NCBI GenBank assembly: GCA_963803805.1
Contig: CAWDOD010000010.1
Location: 288,001-352,000 of the forward strand
Direction: 5' to 3'
DNA from: an uncultured cyanobacterium
GTDB lineage: Bacteria; Cyanobacteriota; Cyanobacteriia; Cyanobacteriales; CAWCAG01
DNA length: 64,000 nucleotides
Position numbers and translations under genes: made by a program. Below, piece by piece: positions 30,792 through 40,851 of this stretch. Under the pieces are notes generated by a model. It was not told the DNA's origin and ran no database searches. It worked only from the letters and a program-made list of their open reading frames with translations. Position 1 is the stretch's first letter. The number at the start of each line of letters is the position of its first letter.

Positions 30792-30865
30792 TAAGCTGCT
30801 ACGCATTTAGATGAGTTGTGAGGGGCAGGTTATAATCAATACTTATATTACTCAGAACAAATCCT

Positions 30866-33800
30866 ATGAAATGGAAGTTTTTCGCTGATCGCGGCGGGAC
30901 ATTTACTGATTTAGTTGCCATTACTCCTAATTCTCAGGTACTTATTCACAAACTACTCTCAGAAAACCCCGAATGCTACGACGATGCAGTTATTCAAGGT
31001 ATTCGGGACTGTCTCAAACTTCCTAGGGATGCACCTATCCCCTCAGAAAAGATTGAAGTGGTAAAAATGGGAACTACTGTTGCTACCAATGCCTTATTGG
31101 AAGGCAAAGGCGATGCTACTTTGTTACTGATAACGGAGGGGTTTAAGGATGCGTTGCGAATTGGTTATCAAAACCGCCCTGATATTTTTGCCCAGCAAAT
31201 TATTTTACCCGAAATGCTTTACAAACGGGTAATTGAAGTTAAGGAGCGTTATAGTGCTAAGGGAAAGGAGTTACAACCTCTTGAGACAAAAGAGTTAGTT
31301 CCTGCTTTAGAAACTGCCTATGAAGATGGCATTCGCAGTTGTGCCATTGTCCTCTTACATAGTTATCGCTATCCCCTTCACGAACAACAACTAGCAGCAT
31401 TGGTGAAGAAAATGGGTTTTACTCAAGTTTCTGTTTCTCACCAAGTCAGCCCTTTAATGAAATTAGTTAGCCGTGGAGACACAACGGTTGTGGATGCTTA
31501 CCTATCACCAATTCTACGTCGCTATGTTAACCAAGTTAGTAGTAAATTAGGACAAACAGCCACAGCATCACCTCAACTAATGTTCATGCAATCCAACGGT
31601 GGCTTAATTGCTGCTAACCAGTTTCAAGGCAAAGATAGCATTTTATCTGGGCCGGCAGGGGGCATTGTGGGAGCAGTACAAACGAGTAAATTAGCGGGGT
31701 TTGAGAAGATTATCACCTTTGACATGGGAGGAACCTCCACCGATGTTGCTCATTTTAACGGAGAATACGAAAGGCAAGGAGAAACAGAGATTGCTGGAGT
31801 AAGGTTGCGGACTCCCATGCTAGCGATTCATACTGTTGCTGCTGGGGGGAGTTCTTTAGTTACATTTGATGGTTTTCGGTATCGAGTTGGTCCAGAGTCT
31901 GCTGGCGCAAATCCAGGGCCTGCCTGCTATCGTCGTGACGGAAGTTTAGCTATTACTGATTGTAATGTGATGTTGGGAAAAATTCAACCCCAGTTTTTTC
32001 CAAAAGTATTTGGTATTGAAGGAAATTTACCTTTGGATCAAGAGATTGTGCAACAAAAGTTTCTAGCATTAGCTACAGAGGTAGAAGAGGCTACTAAAAC
32101 CAAACAAACTCCAGAACAAATAGCATCAGGCTTTATTACCATTGCCGTAGAAAATATGGCCAATGCCATTAAAAAAATTTCCTTACAACGGGGTTACGAT
32201 GTTTCTACCTACACTCTTTGTTGTTTCGGCGGGGCAGGGGGACAACACGCTTGTTTAATCGCTGACACCTTGGGTATCAAACAAGTATTTATTCATCCTT
32301 ACGCTGGGGTTTTATCTGCCTATGGCATGGGTTTAGCGGATGTCAGGGTGATTAAGGAAAAGGCGGTAGAAAAACAGTTAAGGGAGGAGTTGAATTTAGA
32401 AGATATATTTGCAAAATTAACCACAGAAGCAAAAGCGGAAATCAACACTCCGATAACTATTCTGCGTCGAGTAAAATTAAAATATCAAGACACAGACTCA
32501 ACCCTAGAAATCAACTATGCCCCCAGCTTGAAAGCAATGGCAGCAGAATTTGCCCTGCAACATCAGCAACGTTACGGTTTTGTGCAAGCTGAAAAAGCTT
32601 TAATCATCGAATCTGTAGCAGTGGAAGCCGTTCAACAAATGGCAACACCAGAAGAAGCAACTATTTCCTCCCATTCCCCAACTCCTCCTTCCCCTATTGC
32701 TACAGTGCAAATGTACACTGCCCAACAATGGCATTCTACCCCGGTATTTAAACGAGATGACTTACAGTTAGGAGATTGTATTTCTGGCCCAGCTATGATT
32801 ATTGAAGGGACGGGAACGAATATTATTGAACCCGGTTGGCAAGCCAAACTAAACGAACGCAACCACCTAATTTTAACATCCCTAGGGCAAAACGCCTCTC
32901 CTTCTAACCAGCAATCAAAGCAATGTGAGCCGCTCAAATTAGAAATATTTAATAATCTTTTTCGGGCGATCGCAGAACAAATGGGCGTAACCTTACAAAA
33001 TACCGCATCTTCAGTTAACATCAAAGAACGTCTCGACTTCTCCTGTGCCATCTTCGATCAAAAAGGACAATTAGTAGCCAATGCCCCCCATATCCCTGTT
33101 CATCTAGGTTCCATGGGGGAAAGTGTAACTGCTTTAATCGGCGATCGCAACATAGATTTGCAACCAGGGGATGTTTATATGCTCAACAACCCCTACAACG
33201 GCGGTACTCATTTACCTGACATCACTGTTATCACCCCTGTCTTTGCCCAAAATAACCAAGAAATCATCTTCTACGTTGCCTCCCGTGGACACCAAGCTGA
33301 CATTGGCGGTATCACCCCTGGTTCCATGCCTCCCCATAGCCAAACTGTCATAGAAGAAGGCATCCTTATTGATAACTTCCCCTTAGTTGCTGCCGGAAAA
33401 TTCAGAGAACAAGCAGTACGGCAACTCCTCACCTCCAGTCAATATCCTGCCCGTAACCCCCAACAAAACATTGCCGATCTCCAAGCACAAATTGCTGCCA
33501 ACGAAAAAGGGGTGCAGGAACTCCACAAAATGGTCACGGACTTTAGCTTAGAAGTAGTTCAAGCTTACATGGGTTATGTCCAAGACAACGCCGCCGAATC
33601 TGTACGTCGTGCCATCGAAGTACTTAAGGATGGAGAGTTTACCTACCCAATGGATAACGGTAGTGAAATTAAAGTCGCCATCACCATCGACAAAGTTAAC
33701 CGACGTGCCAAAATAGATTTTACAGGTACATCACCACAACTTACAAGCAACTTCAATGCCCCTCAAGCTGTTTGCAAAGCTGCCGTCCTTTATGTCTTCC

Positions 33801-34453
33801 GCACCTTAGTCAAAGATAATATTCCCCTTAATGCAGGTTGCCTCAAACCCTTGGAAATAATCATCCCTGAAGGATGCCTCCTCAACCCCATTTACCCTGC
33901 TGCTGTAGTAGCTGGGAACGTAGAAACATCCCAATGTATTGTTGACACTTTATACGGTGCATTGGGAGTCATGGCAGCTTCACAGGGGACAATGAATAAC
34001 TTCACCTTCGGAAATGCTCAATACCAATACTACGAAACTATTTGTGGTGGTTCCGGTGCAGGAAAAGACTTTGCCGGCACAGATGCTGTACATACCCACA
34101 TGACTAATTCCCGCTTAAGTGATCCCGAAGTATTAGAATGGCGTTTTCCTGTCCAATTGGAAAGCTTTGCTATTCGCCCAGGAAGTGGTGGCGCAGGAAA
34201 ACATTCCGGTGGTAATGGTATAGTAAGGCGCATCCGTTTCTTAGAACCTATGACAGCAGGTATCCTCTCTGGACATCGGCTAGTACCGCCCTTTGCCATA
34301 GCTGGGGGTAAACCTGGTGCTGTAGGCAAAAACTGGCTGCAACGCCAAGACGGGACTATAGAAGAGTTAGGTGGCACAGCTACAGTAGAAATGTCTATTG
34401 GAGATGTGTTTGTGATTGAAACCCCTGGAGGGGGAGGGTTTGGCTTGAGGTAA
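30866..34453 (+). CDS. oplA: 5-oxoprolinase (fused hydantoinase A/B)
   Basis: DRGGTFTD, ILSGPAGG, DMGGTSTDV, NIKERLDFSCA, HIPVHLGSM and ETPGGGGFG motifs. Confidence 0.95.
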   Translation: MKWKFFADRGGTFTDLVAITPNSQVLIHKLLSENPECYDDAVIQGIRDCLKLPRDAPIPSEKIEVVKMGTTVATNALLEGKGDATLLLITEGFKDALRIGYQNRPDIFAQQIILPEMLYKRVIEVKERYSAKGKELQPLETKELVPALETAYEDGIRSCAIVLLHSYRYPLHEQQLAALVKKMGFTQVSVSHQVSPLMKLVSRGDTTVVDAYLSPILRRYVNQVSSKLGQTATASPQLMFMQSNGGLIAANQFQGKDSILSGPAGGIVGAVQTSKLAGFEKIITFDMGGTSTDVAHFNGEYERQGETEIAGVRLRTPMLAIHTVAAGGSSLVTFDGFRYRVGPESAGANPGPACYRRDGSLAITDCNVMLGKIQPQFFPKVFGIEGNLPLDQEIVQQKFLALATEVEEATKTKQTPEQIASGFITIAVENMANAIKKISLQRGYDVSTYTLCCFGGAGGQHACLIADTLGIKQVFIHPYAGVLSAYGMGLADVRVIKEKAVEKQLREELNLEDIFAKLTTEAKAEINTPITILRRVKLKYQDTDSTLEINYAPSLKAMAAEFALQHQQRYGFVQAEKALIIESVAVEAVQQMATPEEATISSHSPTPPSPIATVQMYTAQQWHSTPVFKRDDLQLGDCISGPAMIIEGTGTNIIEPGWQAKLNERNHLILTSLGQNASPSNQQSKQCEPLKLEIFNNLFRAIAEQMGVTLQNTASSVNIKERLDFSCAIFDQKGQLVANAPHIPVHLGSMGESVTALIGDRNIDLQPGDVYMLNNPYNGGTHLPDITVITPVFAQNNQEIIFYVASRGHQADIGGITPGSMPPHSQTVIEEGILIDNFPLVAAGKFREQAVRQLLTSSQYPARNPQQNIADLQAQIAANEKGVQELHKMVTDFSLEVVQAYMGYVQDNAAESVRRAIEVLKDGEFTYPMDNGSEIKVAITIDKVNRRAKIDFTGTSPQLTSNFNAPQAVCKAAVLYVFRTLVKDNIPLNAGCLKPLEIIIPEGCLLNPIYPAAVVAGNVETSQCIVDTLYGALGVMAASQGTMNNFTFGNAQYQYYETICGGSGAGKDFAGTDAVHTHMTNSRLSDPEVLEWRFPVQLESFAIRPGSGGAGKHSGGNGIVRRIRFLEPMTAGILSGHRLVPPFAIAGGKPGAVGKNWLQRQDGTIEELGGTATVEMSIGDVFVIETPGGGGFGLR

Positions 34454-34597
34454 AAAGCAATTAGTGTTATTTATTCCCCCCATCTCCCCATCTCCCCAAC
34501 CGCTTGGGGTAAGCAGTTTTTCTGCAAACTACAGCCCTTTTGGAATAATTCTTTTATACCTTGAATAGTTGCGATCGCGCTTTCCCTTAATTGCTGA

Positions 34598-35416
34598 TTA
34601 CCTAACCCTCATCCCCATCCCCATCCCCATTGTAGTTTTCCTCCCAATGCCACAGTAGAGGGCAAAGTCTGCTAGAGCATTGATTTGCTTAATCTGCAAG
34701 GGTTCTAAACCCCCAAACAAACGGTAACTTACCTCTCCTACACAACCAATAAACTTACTGCGAGAATCAGCCACAATAGCAGTGTTGATGTTAAAGAAAC
34801 TAGGAAAGATATTTTCTAGAGGCAACTCCGGAAACTCCTGCCCACTATACTTATTCCAACGATTCCGCAAGCTGTTAAACACTGATTCTGGAGAAGGTAA
34901 GGCGGTATCGTACTTGCCCCGGCGAAAAGCGGTAGGAGTAGCGAAGTTTAAAGTGATTTGTTTCGTGCGATCGCACGCCTCCTCATAAAGCTGGCTGTAA
35001 GGACAAGCATTCGCCCAAGGTTGTTCCGGGTGAGGAGTTCCCAGCATACTAGTAATCTTTAAATCCGCAGCCCCCAAATGCCAAGGTTTTTCCGGGTTGA
35101 TATGCAACCAAAGCTGAGTCAAGCGACTAAACATAGCATCATCCAACAAAGAAACCCGCCACCAACAATTAGTACCCGGAGAAATCGCCTTACTGTATTG
35201 AGTTTGCAAGATATTGTTCTCCTTTGTCTTCCTCGCAATTTGCAAGGGAGAAAGAGTAAAAGCTTTACCAGTCTGAGAGTCATGTAAATGCTGCCCCAAT
35301 TCTGTATCTACAGAACTAACTAAGGTAAGAAACAAAGCGTGAAAATGTCTCCCCGTTAGGAATTTGGGGGAAATGGGAGAAAGGGGCAGGAGGTTAAGTA
35401 CTAAACTATAGGGCAT
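34598..35416 (-). CDS. cas6: CRISPR-associated endoribonuclease Cas6
   Basis: MPYSLVLNL, FATPTAFR and the C-terminal G-rich loop GIGRKTTMGMG. Confidence 0.95.
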   Translation of the reverse strand: MPYSLVLNLLPLSPISPKFLTGRHFHALFLTLVSSVDTELGQHLHDSQTGKAFTLSPLQIARKTKENNILQTQYSKAISPGTNCWWRVSLLDDAMFSRLTQLWLHINPEKPWHLGAADLKITSMLGTPHPEQPWANACPYSQLYEEACDRTKQITLNFATPTAFRRGKYDTALPSPESVFNSLRNRWNKYSGQEFPELPLENIFPSFFNINTAIVADSRSKFIGCVGEVSYRLFGGLEPLQIKQINALADFALYCGIGRKTTMGMGMGMRVR

Positions 35417-35434
35417 GGTTTAATGAAAGGGTAG

Positions 35435-36157
35435 TTAATCAACTTGAAAACGGTACTCCATACGGGCAGGAATTTTTAACCCTTGCAATTCTTTAGGGGC
35501 ATTTTGCCAGTAATAATATTCTCCTTCCATTTGTACATTACGAATTAAACTTACCGGAGGCATATTAACCACATCGTAGCTAATTACTTTGTGGGTAAAC
35601 ATAACATCCAAAGGATTTAAAGGATGGGGAAAAGTAAAGCTACCTGCTTTTATTTGTGGTGGTGGTAGTTGTTTTATTTTCACCTCGGCTTTACTCATCC
35701 ATTTTCCTAAGCGTATCCAACGGGGAAGCCTTAGAGGTTTTTGGGAGATAATAAAAAACTCAAATAAACTCTCCGGGGCAATTTCTTTAGCCCTACCAAA
35801 GCTGGGAATATTCTTTTGAGTTTTCTGCATTTCGACATGGTAATTGTTGTTAGCATACTTCCAAGTATTGAGAATAGAACTGTGAGCAGTTGTACGGGCA
35901 GGAGTTAGATAAATACCTTGTGTGTTAAGGGAAGTTAAATGTTCCTCATATTTAGGTACTTGTTCAGGACAGAAGTAACGGTAACTATGCTCTTCAGTAA
36001 CATTAGTTGAGTGGGTTAAGCTATCAACTAAACCTAAAGCATAATTAAGGGCATAGTTATGTAAAATTGGTTCTGTTTCATAAAGTCTGCCAATTTCACG
36101 GGTGACGAAGTAAAGACTATCGTGTAACTCTAATTGGGCGCGATAGATAAGAGTCAT
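35435..36157 (-). CDS. cas5: Type I-D Cas5 (Csc1)
   Basis: LHDSLYFVTREIGRLYETE..LHNYAL, NIPSFGRAKEIAPES and WIRLGKWMSKA. Confidence 0.93.
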   Translation of the reverse strand: MTLIYRAQLELHDSLYFVTREIGRLYETEPILHNYALNYALGLVDSLTHSTNVTEEHSYRYFCPEQVPKYEEHLTSLNTQGIYLTPARTTAHSSILNTWKYANNNYHVEMQKTQKNIPSFGRAKEIAPESLFEFFIISQKPLRLPRWIRLGKWMSKAEVKIKQLPPPQIKAGSFTFPHPLNPLDVMFTHKVISYDVVNMPPVSLIRNVQMEGEYYYWQNAPKELQGLKIPARMEYRFQVD

Positions 36158-36238
36158 GGTAATACTGAATCTGGTTTAAATAACCACTTGTTGGTAAAAG
36201 TAAGAGAACAGGAAGCAAACTACAAAATTGTCAGTTTT

Positions 36239-36270
36239 GGTGTGTTAGGGAAGTGCTAACAACACCCTAC
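36239..36270 (-). repeat. Single REP hairpin between cas7 and cas5
   Basis: Minus strand GTAGGGTGTTGTTAGCACTTCCCTAACACACC. Confidence 0.7.
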
Positions 36271-36280
36271 AAATTAGATA

Positions 36281-37300
36281 CTATTTGGCTTTTGCTGTGG
36301 TTTTTTTCTTACCTTTGCCCTTAATATGTTCTTCGGCATAAGCTTTAGCTTCAGCATCAGCTTGTTGCAAAATTTGGATGATTCCTGTTTCTGTTTTGGT
36401 TAAAGCTTTTACTTCATTTAATAAGGGAGTAAAGTTTTCCCCTAAGAAATCTTCATGGACAATAAATTCATCTGCCATTAATTGTTCCATTGCACTTTTA
36501 GCCGCAGCAATAACTTCATCTTCGTTTAAAGGATCGAGGGATTCAAGTTTATTTTCTGCTTGTAAGTTGTCATAAATAGCTTGAGTCCAACGTAAATTAC
36601 TAACAATTTCTCCATCAGCAAATATGACACCAATTAATTCATTCCTAACTCTTCCTGTACGGGTAGTTTGTGCGCCATAATGACGAGTTCTGAGGATATT
36701 ATTAAACACATACAAAAAACTCGCTTCCGTGGGGTCTTTTAAGGTGACAATACTCGGAAAAAAGACTTGAGGTTTAATATGATCTTGCTGGTTAATTCTG
36801 CTGGTTACTTCCCCTGGTTTTGAGTTATTTTCTCCTTTAGAGGTCATAGTACCATTTTCAAAGGGAGCATTGAGGGTAAAAGTTTCGTGGGATTCGTCAA
36901 AAGCTGTAATAGAAAAGGCAGTATCAACCACAACTTTAGATTTTTCTGAACCAGAATCACCAATGGCAAAACCATAGATAATACAGTCGGGGTTATCCAT
37001 AGCAAATTTAACATTGTATTCACAATCTTCGGCGGTCATAAATTCATATTTTCGCAGTAATTCCCTACCTACTAAACGTTCTGGAGTAGATTGTTTGCGC
37101 TTAAACATAGAAAGGCGACTAATTGTCTTGTTAGCAGCAATTCCTGCCCTCACTCTTGCTTTATTTAATTCACTATCAGTTTGAAAGAGAGGATAAGATT
37201 CTGTAACTCTGACGGTAATAAAGTGGACATATTTACCCATTGGTTTGTAGGGTATTTCTGTGTGAAAGTTTTTAGAATTGACGGTTGTTAATAAAGCCAT
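36281..37300 (-). CDS. cas7: Type I-D Cas7 (Csc2)
   Basis: FKRKQSTPERLVGRELLR, CIIYGFAIGDSGSEKSKV and YGAQTTRTG. Confidence 0.94.
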   Translation of the reverse strand: MALLTTVNSKNFHTEIPYKPMGKYVHFITVRVTESYPLFQTDSELNKARVRAGIAANKTISRLSMFKRKQSTPERLVGRELLRKYEFMTAEDCEYNVKFAMDNPDCIIYGFAIGDSGSEKSKVVVDTAFSITAFDESHETFTLNAPFENGTMTSKGENNSKPGEVTSRINQQDHIKPQVFFPSIVTLKDPTEASFLYVFNNILRTRHYGAQTTRTGRVRNELIGVIFADGEIVSNLRWTQAIYDNLQAENKLESLDPLNEDEVIAAAKSAMEQLMADEFIVHEDFLGENFTPLLNEVKALTKTETGIIQILQQADAEAKAYAEEHIKGKGKKKTTAKAK

Positions 37301-37336
37301 AATGAATCTCCTTGTAAGTTAATAATTTGGCTAAAG

Positions 37337-37368
37337 GTAGGTTGGATTAGCGGTAGCTTAACCCAACA
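37337..37368 (+). repeat. Single REP hairpin between cas10d and cas7
   Basis: GTAGGTTGGATTAGCGGTAGCTTAACCCAAC. Confidence 0.7.
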
Positions 37369-37404
37369 CTTATTAAATCTGTAGCGGACAATTTGAAGTA
37401 ATTT

Positions 37405-37863
37405 TTATTCTTCTTCGTTAACCTGATTAGTTTTAGAAAAATTCTCTTTATCATCTTCAAGGCGATAAAGAAACTCGCAGGTATCTTTAATCAGATTCAA
37501 TTGCCTCCCTGCTAACCTGGCGCGATCGCCGGCAAATGCTTTCTCAAAAACATCCACTACAAAGTAACGGGCAAAGTCTAAAACTGCTTGCCTTTCTTCT
37601 TCCCTATGCTTAAAAATCCAACGCCCTTCTGCGGTGGAAGCATGAACCCGATCCATTAGTTTGAATACTTCAGCAGCAACAGCATTAACTAAGGTTTCCC
37701 CTTGAAAGATACTAGATTCGGCTTTTAAAATTGTTTCAGCCGCAATATCTATCGGTTTAAGAACAGCATTTGATTTGGGGTTATAACGTTTGTTTGCACG
37801 GTAAAACTTACGGTAAAGTTCGGTAAGTTTTTGAGGATGATTTAAACTTGATTGGGTTTGCAA
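37405..37863 (-). CDS. cas11d: Cas11d small subunit, internally translated in-frame within cas10d
   Basis: Minus strand TAAGGAG-TGGCAA-TTG-CAA-ACC: a strong SD 6 nt before an in-frame TTG, giving 152 aa (..KLTELYRKFYR..AGDRARLAGRQLNLIKDTCEFLYRL). Confidence 0.75.
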   Translation of the reverse strand: MQTQSSLNHPQKLTELYRKFYRANKRYNPKSNAVLKPIDIAAETILKAESSIFQGETLVNAVAAEVFKLMDRVHASTAEGRWIFKHREEERQAVLDFARYFVVDVFEKAFAGDRARLAGRQLNLIKDTCEFLYRLEDDKENFSKTNQVNEEE

Positions 37864-40824
37864 TTGCCACTCCTTAGATTCAAAATTATAAACGGCATAA
37901 GGCTCAAAACAAGGGTAAAAATGGTAAGCATAGAGACGTATTTTAGAAATCCTCGCTGTTTCCACCTTTTGCCTCCGTACCCAACGATTTAAGTAGCTAA
38001 AAACATACAAAGGACTAGTTTCTAAATCTTTAGATAATTCGGTTAATCTGCCCCAGTTAGAGTCATAACCAGACTTGCCTTGTTTAGCATTAACATCAAG
38101 ATGAATTGCATAGGCAGCAGTTAAAACATTGAGGGGGGCAGAATAATTTCTTTCTTCTTCTTGCCAACCTTCAAGGATATAATCTAAGCGGAAGCGATCG
38201 CGCTTTGTTAAAACTCGAAAAGCTTGGGGGGCGCTATCAAGAAATACTGTTTCTTCAAACTCCGCACCATCGTTAAAAGGAGGAATAGGAGACTCGGAAA
38301 CTACAGTTTTGACATCCAAAATCATCGGGAAAGCAAAAGCTAACCAAGTTGGCATTACCCAAGATTCGGTATCGGTGGCATCTTTACCCGGTGGTAAAGC
38401 CATAAAATAAAAGGTGAGGGGTTGATCTTCTGGGTAGGAAAGTTTAAAAGTTCGGTCTTTTTTATAGTTAGGGTCATCTGTAGATAAAGTCGTTTTTTGT
38501 GGTAAGTTTTCTTCTATCAAAAATGTATCTACTCTTTGATAGTTATCCCGTGCGAAATCAGCCTCCATATGTTCATTAATAAAGTGATTGCGAATATTAG
38601 TATTAAAGCGAGTTTGGGCAATATTGCTATAAGCTTTTTGCAAAAACTTATTAGTTTCTGGAGTAAAGTAATAGGTAGGATAAAAATAAAGATAACGATA
38701 TTTTCCATCCTCAAAACGTTTACCTACTGCCTGGGTTTGATTCATAAGAATTTGTCGTAACATCATTTCTATCCCCGCAATACTAGAGATGTTACGTTTG
38801 GCATTGGAACCACCCAACATTTGCTTATTTGTATAAACTTGAGGGGTAAAAAGTACCGCAGATTCCATTTGTTCTTTGACGGTGTAAGGAGAGTGGGAAA
38901 GTGAACAAATTAACTGTCTTCCTCTGCCTGATTTTTTAGCTAATTGATAATTATTTAACTCCTCAAAGAACACTTCTGCACTATCAATATTTACTTGTTC
39001 TTCTTCTGGTAACATGACTACTCGTTTTACCCAAAGGCGTAAATCATCCCAACCATCATTTAATTTATAGGAAGAAAGCAACGGATTAATAATCTCAGCA
39101 AAATATTCAATTAATTTCTCACAAGTTTCCCGTACATCTTCAATCCCAGGATGATGTTGCAGATACTTTGCAGCCAGGAAATACCATTCATAGGGTACAC
39201 CACCCGTATTACCTTTTAACTTTAGTTCCTTCAAACTTTCATTAATACGTTGAATTTCCCGAATTAGAGGTAAATATTCTGCTAATTGCCAAAACTTAGC
39301 AGCTTCATGGATTAAATCAATCTCTGGTAAAGGAGGTAAGTTTTTATCTTTCTTCCTCTCCTTTTCAATCTTCTTCGCTTGTTCCCCCCAAATCTTACGA
39401 CTAGCCACATCCCCAAACTCAGCTATTTGATCAATGCGGATGTCATCACCAAAGTTAAAGTCATAGTCGGCAGAGAGGACATCCTTTTGCTGAAACTTAA
39501 CCAGATTGTCGCTACGACTTTGGGCAACAGAACTCTTGCTAGGATTGAGGATGCGTAAAGTTGCCCTTAAGCCTACTTGCATCAATCCTACAGTGTTAAA
39601 AAACTGTTCGTAATACTCAGCATATTTCATCCCCTTACCATCCCTACCAAACCCTGTCTGACTAGTCATTAGCCTGTCGGCGCAAAGTTTTTTGATGTTG
39701 GCAATAACTCTTTCTGGTAACTCTGCGGTGTTGAGAGGAGGGGCTTGACGGTGTGCCAGGTAGATTACCCCTGTGGGAAGATAAAGTAGGGGTTCGTAGT
39801 AAGTGCAATCCTCAGTATTTAAGCTAGTATGTGCCTGAATGATGGCATTGTTAACTACATTGGTTAACACTCCTCTATTTTCAGAAATGCTATGGTAACT
39901 AAACTTGAGTTGCCCATCACTCAAACTATGGAGAAGACTTTGCAAAGTAGAATGTTTTGCATCCTGGGGATGTTTAATAACCGAAGCAAGTAAGTCAGCA
40001 AGGGTAGTCAAATCTGATAAACAAACTAAATTGCGATCGCGCAGTTTCGGTTGTAAACCATATTCAGATAAGTTGAGGTTAGTATCGTTACGCCGTTGGG
40101 CGTTATAAGCAACATAAAGTAAGTCATCCCGGTAGTCATACCACTCCTCTTCTTCTTGCTGTAAATGGGCAGGAAGAATAAATTTATCGATTCCTAACTC
40201 GGTAACGATAACATCAAAAACTTCTCGATGTTCCTCTATAGATAGTTTGCGAATATCTTGGTCAAAATCTGCTCTTATTTCCCTATATTTAGCAGGCATA
40301 AAAGGAAACAAGCGATAATCAAATTTCTCAAAGTCATGGAAAATAAAACCCGCAATAACTAATCTTCTCTCTCTTTCTTTAACTACTCTTTTCACCGTAC
40401 TATTTAAATCTTGTAATCGCCTTTCAATTAAGTTAGCCGGAAACAAACCATTAAGAAGATGAGTATTTAAAGATTGATCACCTGCATTATCCCGACGGAC
40501 ATTTTCTCTCCCTCTGCGGCTGTCTAAAGTATCAAAAAACTTCCCTCCTTTAGCGGTAACACCGATAGCAACCCTTAATAAATTAGGTAAAAGATATTCA
40601 GCAAAATCTCTCATTACCTCATCCTCTTGATTTTGAGAGATAATTGCTTGTTTTAAAAGTTTAAGGGTAAGTAACTCTTGTTGTGGTGGAGAAACAGTAC
40701 GTTCTGATGTTTGGAAGTAATCTTCGTCTTCATCGGGAGTTAACCAATCATCATCTATTTCTTCTTCTAATGGTAATAATAACTGTTCGGTTTCTTCTAG
40801 GGAAGGTTTCTTTTTTTTAGCCAT
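37405..40824 (-). CDS. cas10d: Type I-D large subunit Cas10d (Csc3) with N-terminal HD nuclease
   Basis: DQSLNTHLLNG...FIFHDFEK HD motifs; position between cas3' and csc2. True start taken as MAKKKK at 40824, because the ORF-track extension runs into a REP element. Confidence 0.93.
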   Translation of the reverse strand: MAKKKKPSLEETEQLLLPLEEEIDDDWLTPDEDEDYFQTSERTVSPPQQELLTLKLLKQAIISQNQEDEVMRDFAEYLLPNLLRVAIGVTAKGGKFFDTLDSRRGRENVRRDNAGDQSLNTHLLNGLFPANLIERRLQDLNSTVKRVVKERERRLVIAGFIFHDFEKFDYRLFPFMPAKYREIRADFDQDIRKLSIEEHREVFDVIVTELGIDKFILPAHLQQEEEEWYDYRDDLLYVAYNAQRRNDTNLNLSEYGLQPKLRDRNLVCLSDLTTLADLLASVIKHPQDAKHSTLQSLLHSLSDGQLKFSYHSISENRGVLTNVVNNAIIQAHTSLNTEDCTYYEPLLYLPTGVIYLAHRQAPPLNTAELPERVIANIKKLCADRLMTSQTGFGRDGKGMKYAEYYEQFFNTVGLMQVGLRATLRILNPSKSSVAQSRSDNLVKFQQKDVLSADYDFNFGDDIRIDQIAEFGDVASRKIWGEQAKKIEKERKKDKNLPPLPEIDLIHEAAKFWQLAEYLPLIREIQRINESLKELKLKGNTGGVPYEWYFLAAKYLQHHPGIEDVRETCEKLIEYFAEIINPLLSSYKLNDGWDDLRLWVKRVVMLPEEEQVNIDSAEVFFEELNNYQLAKKSGRGRQLICSLSHSPYTVKEQMESAVLFTPQVYTNKQMLGGSNAKRNISSIAGIEMMLRQILMNQTQAVGKRFEDGKYRYLYFYPTYYFTPETNKFLQKAYSNIAQTRFNTNIRNHFINEHMEADFARDNYQRVDTFLIEENLPQKTTLSTDDPNYKKDRTFKLSYPEDQPLTFYFMALPPGKDATDTESWVMPTWLAFAFPMILDVKTVVSESPIPPFNDGAEFEETVFLDSAPQAFRVLTKRDRFRLDYILEGWQEEERNYSAPLNVLTAAYAIHLDVNAKQGKSGYDSNWGRLTELSKDLETSPLYVFSYLNRWVRRQKVETARISKIRLYAYHFYPCFEPYAVYNFESKEWQLQTQSSLNHPQKLTELYRKFYRANKRYNPKSNAVLKPIDIAAETILKAESSIFQGETLVNAVAAEVFKLMDRVHASTAEGRWIFKHREEERQAVLDFARYFVVDVFEKAFAGDRARLAGRQLNLIKDTCEFLYRLEDDKENFSKTNQVNEEE

Positions 40825-40851
40825 GATTCGCTTGATAAAAAGTAATATTTT

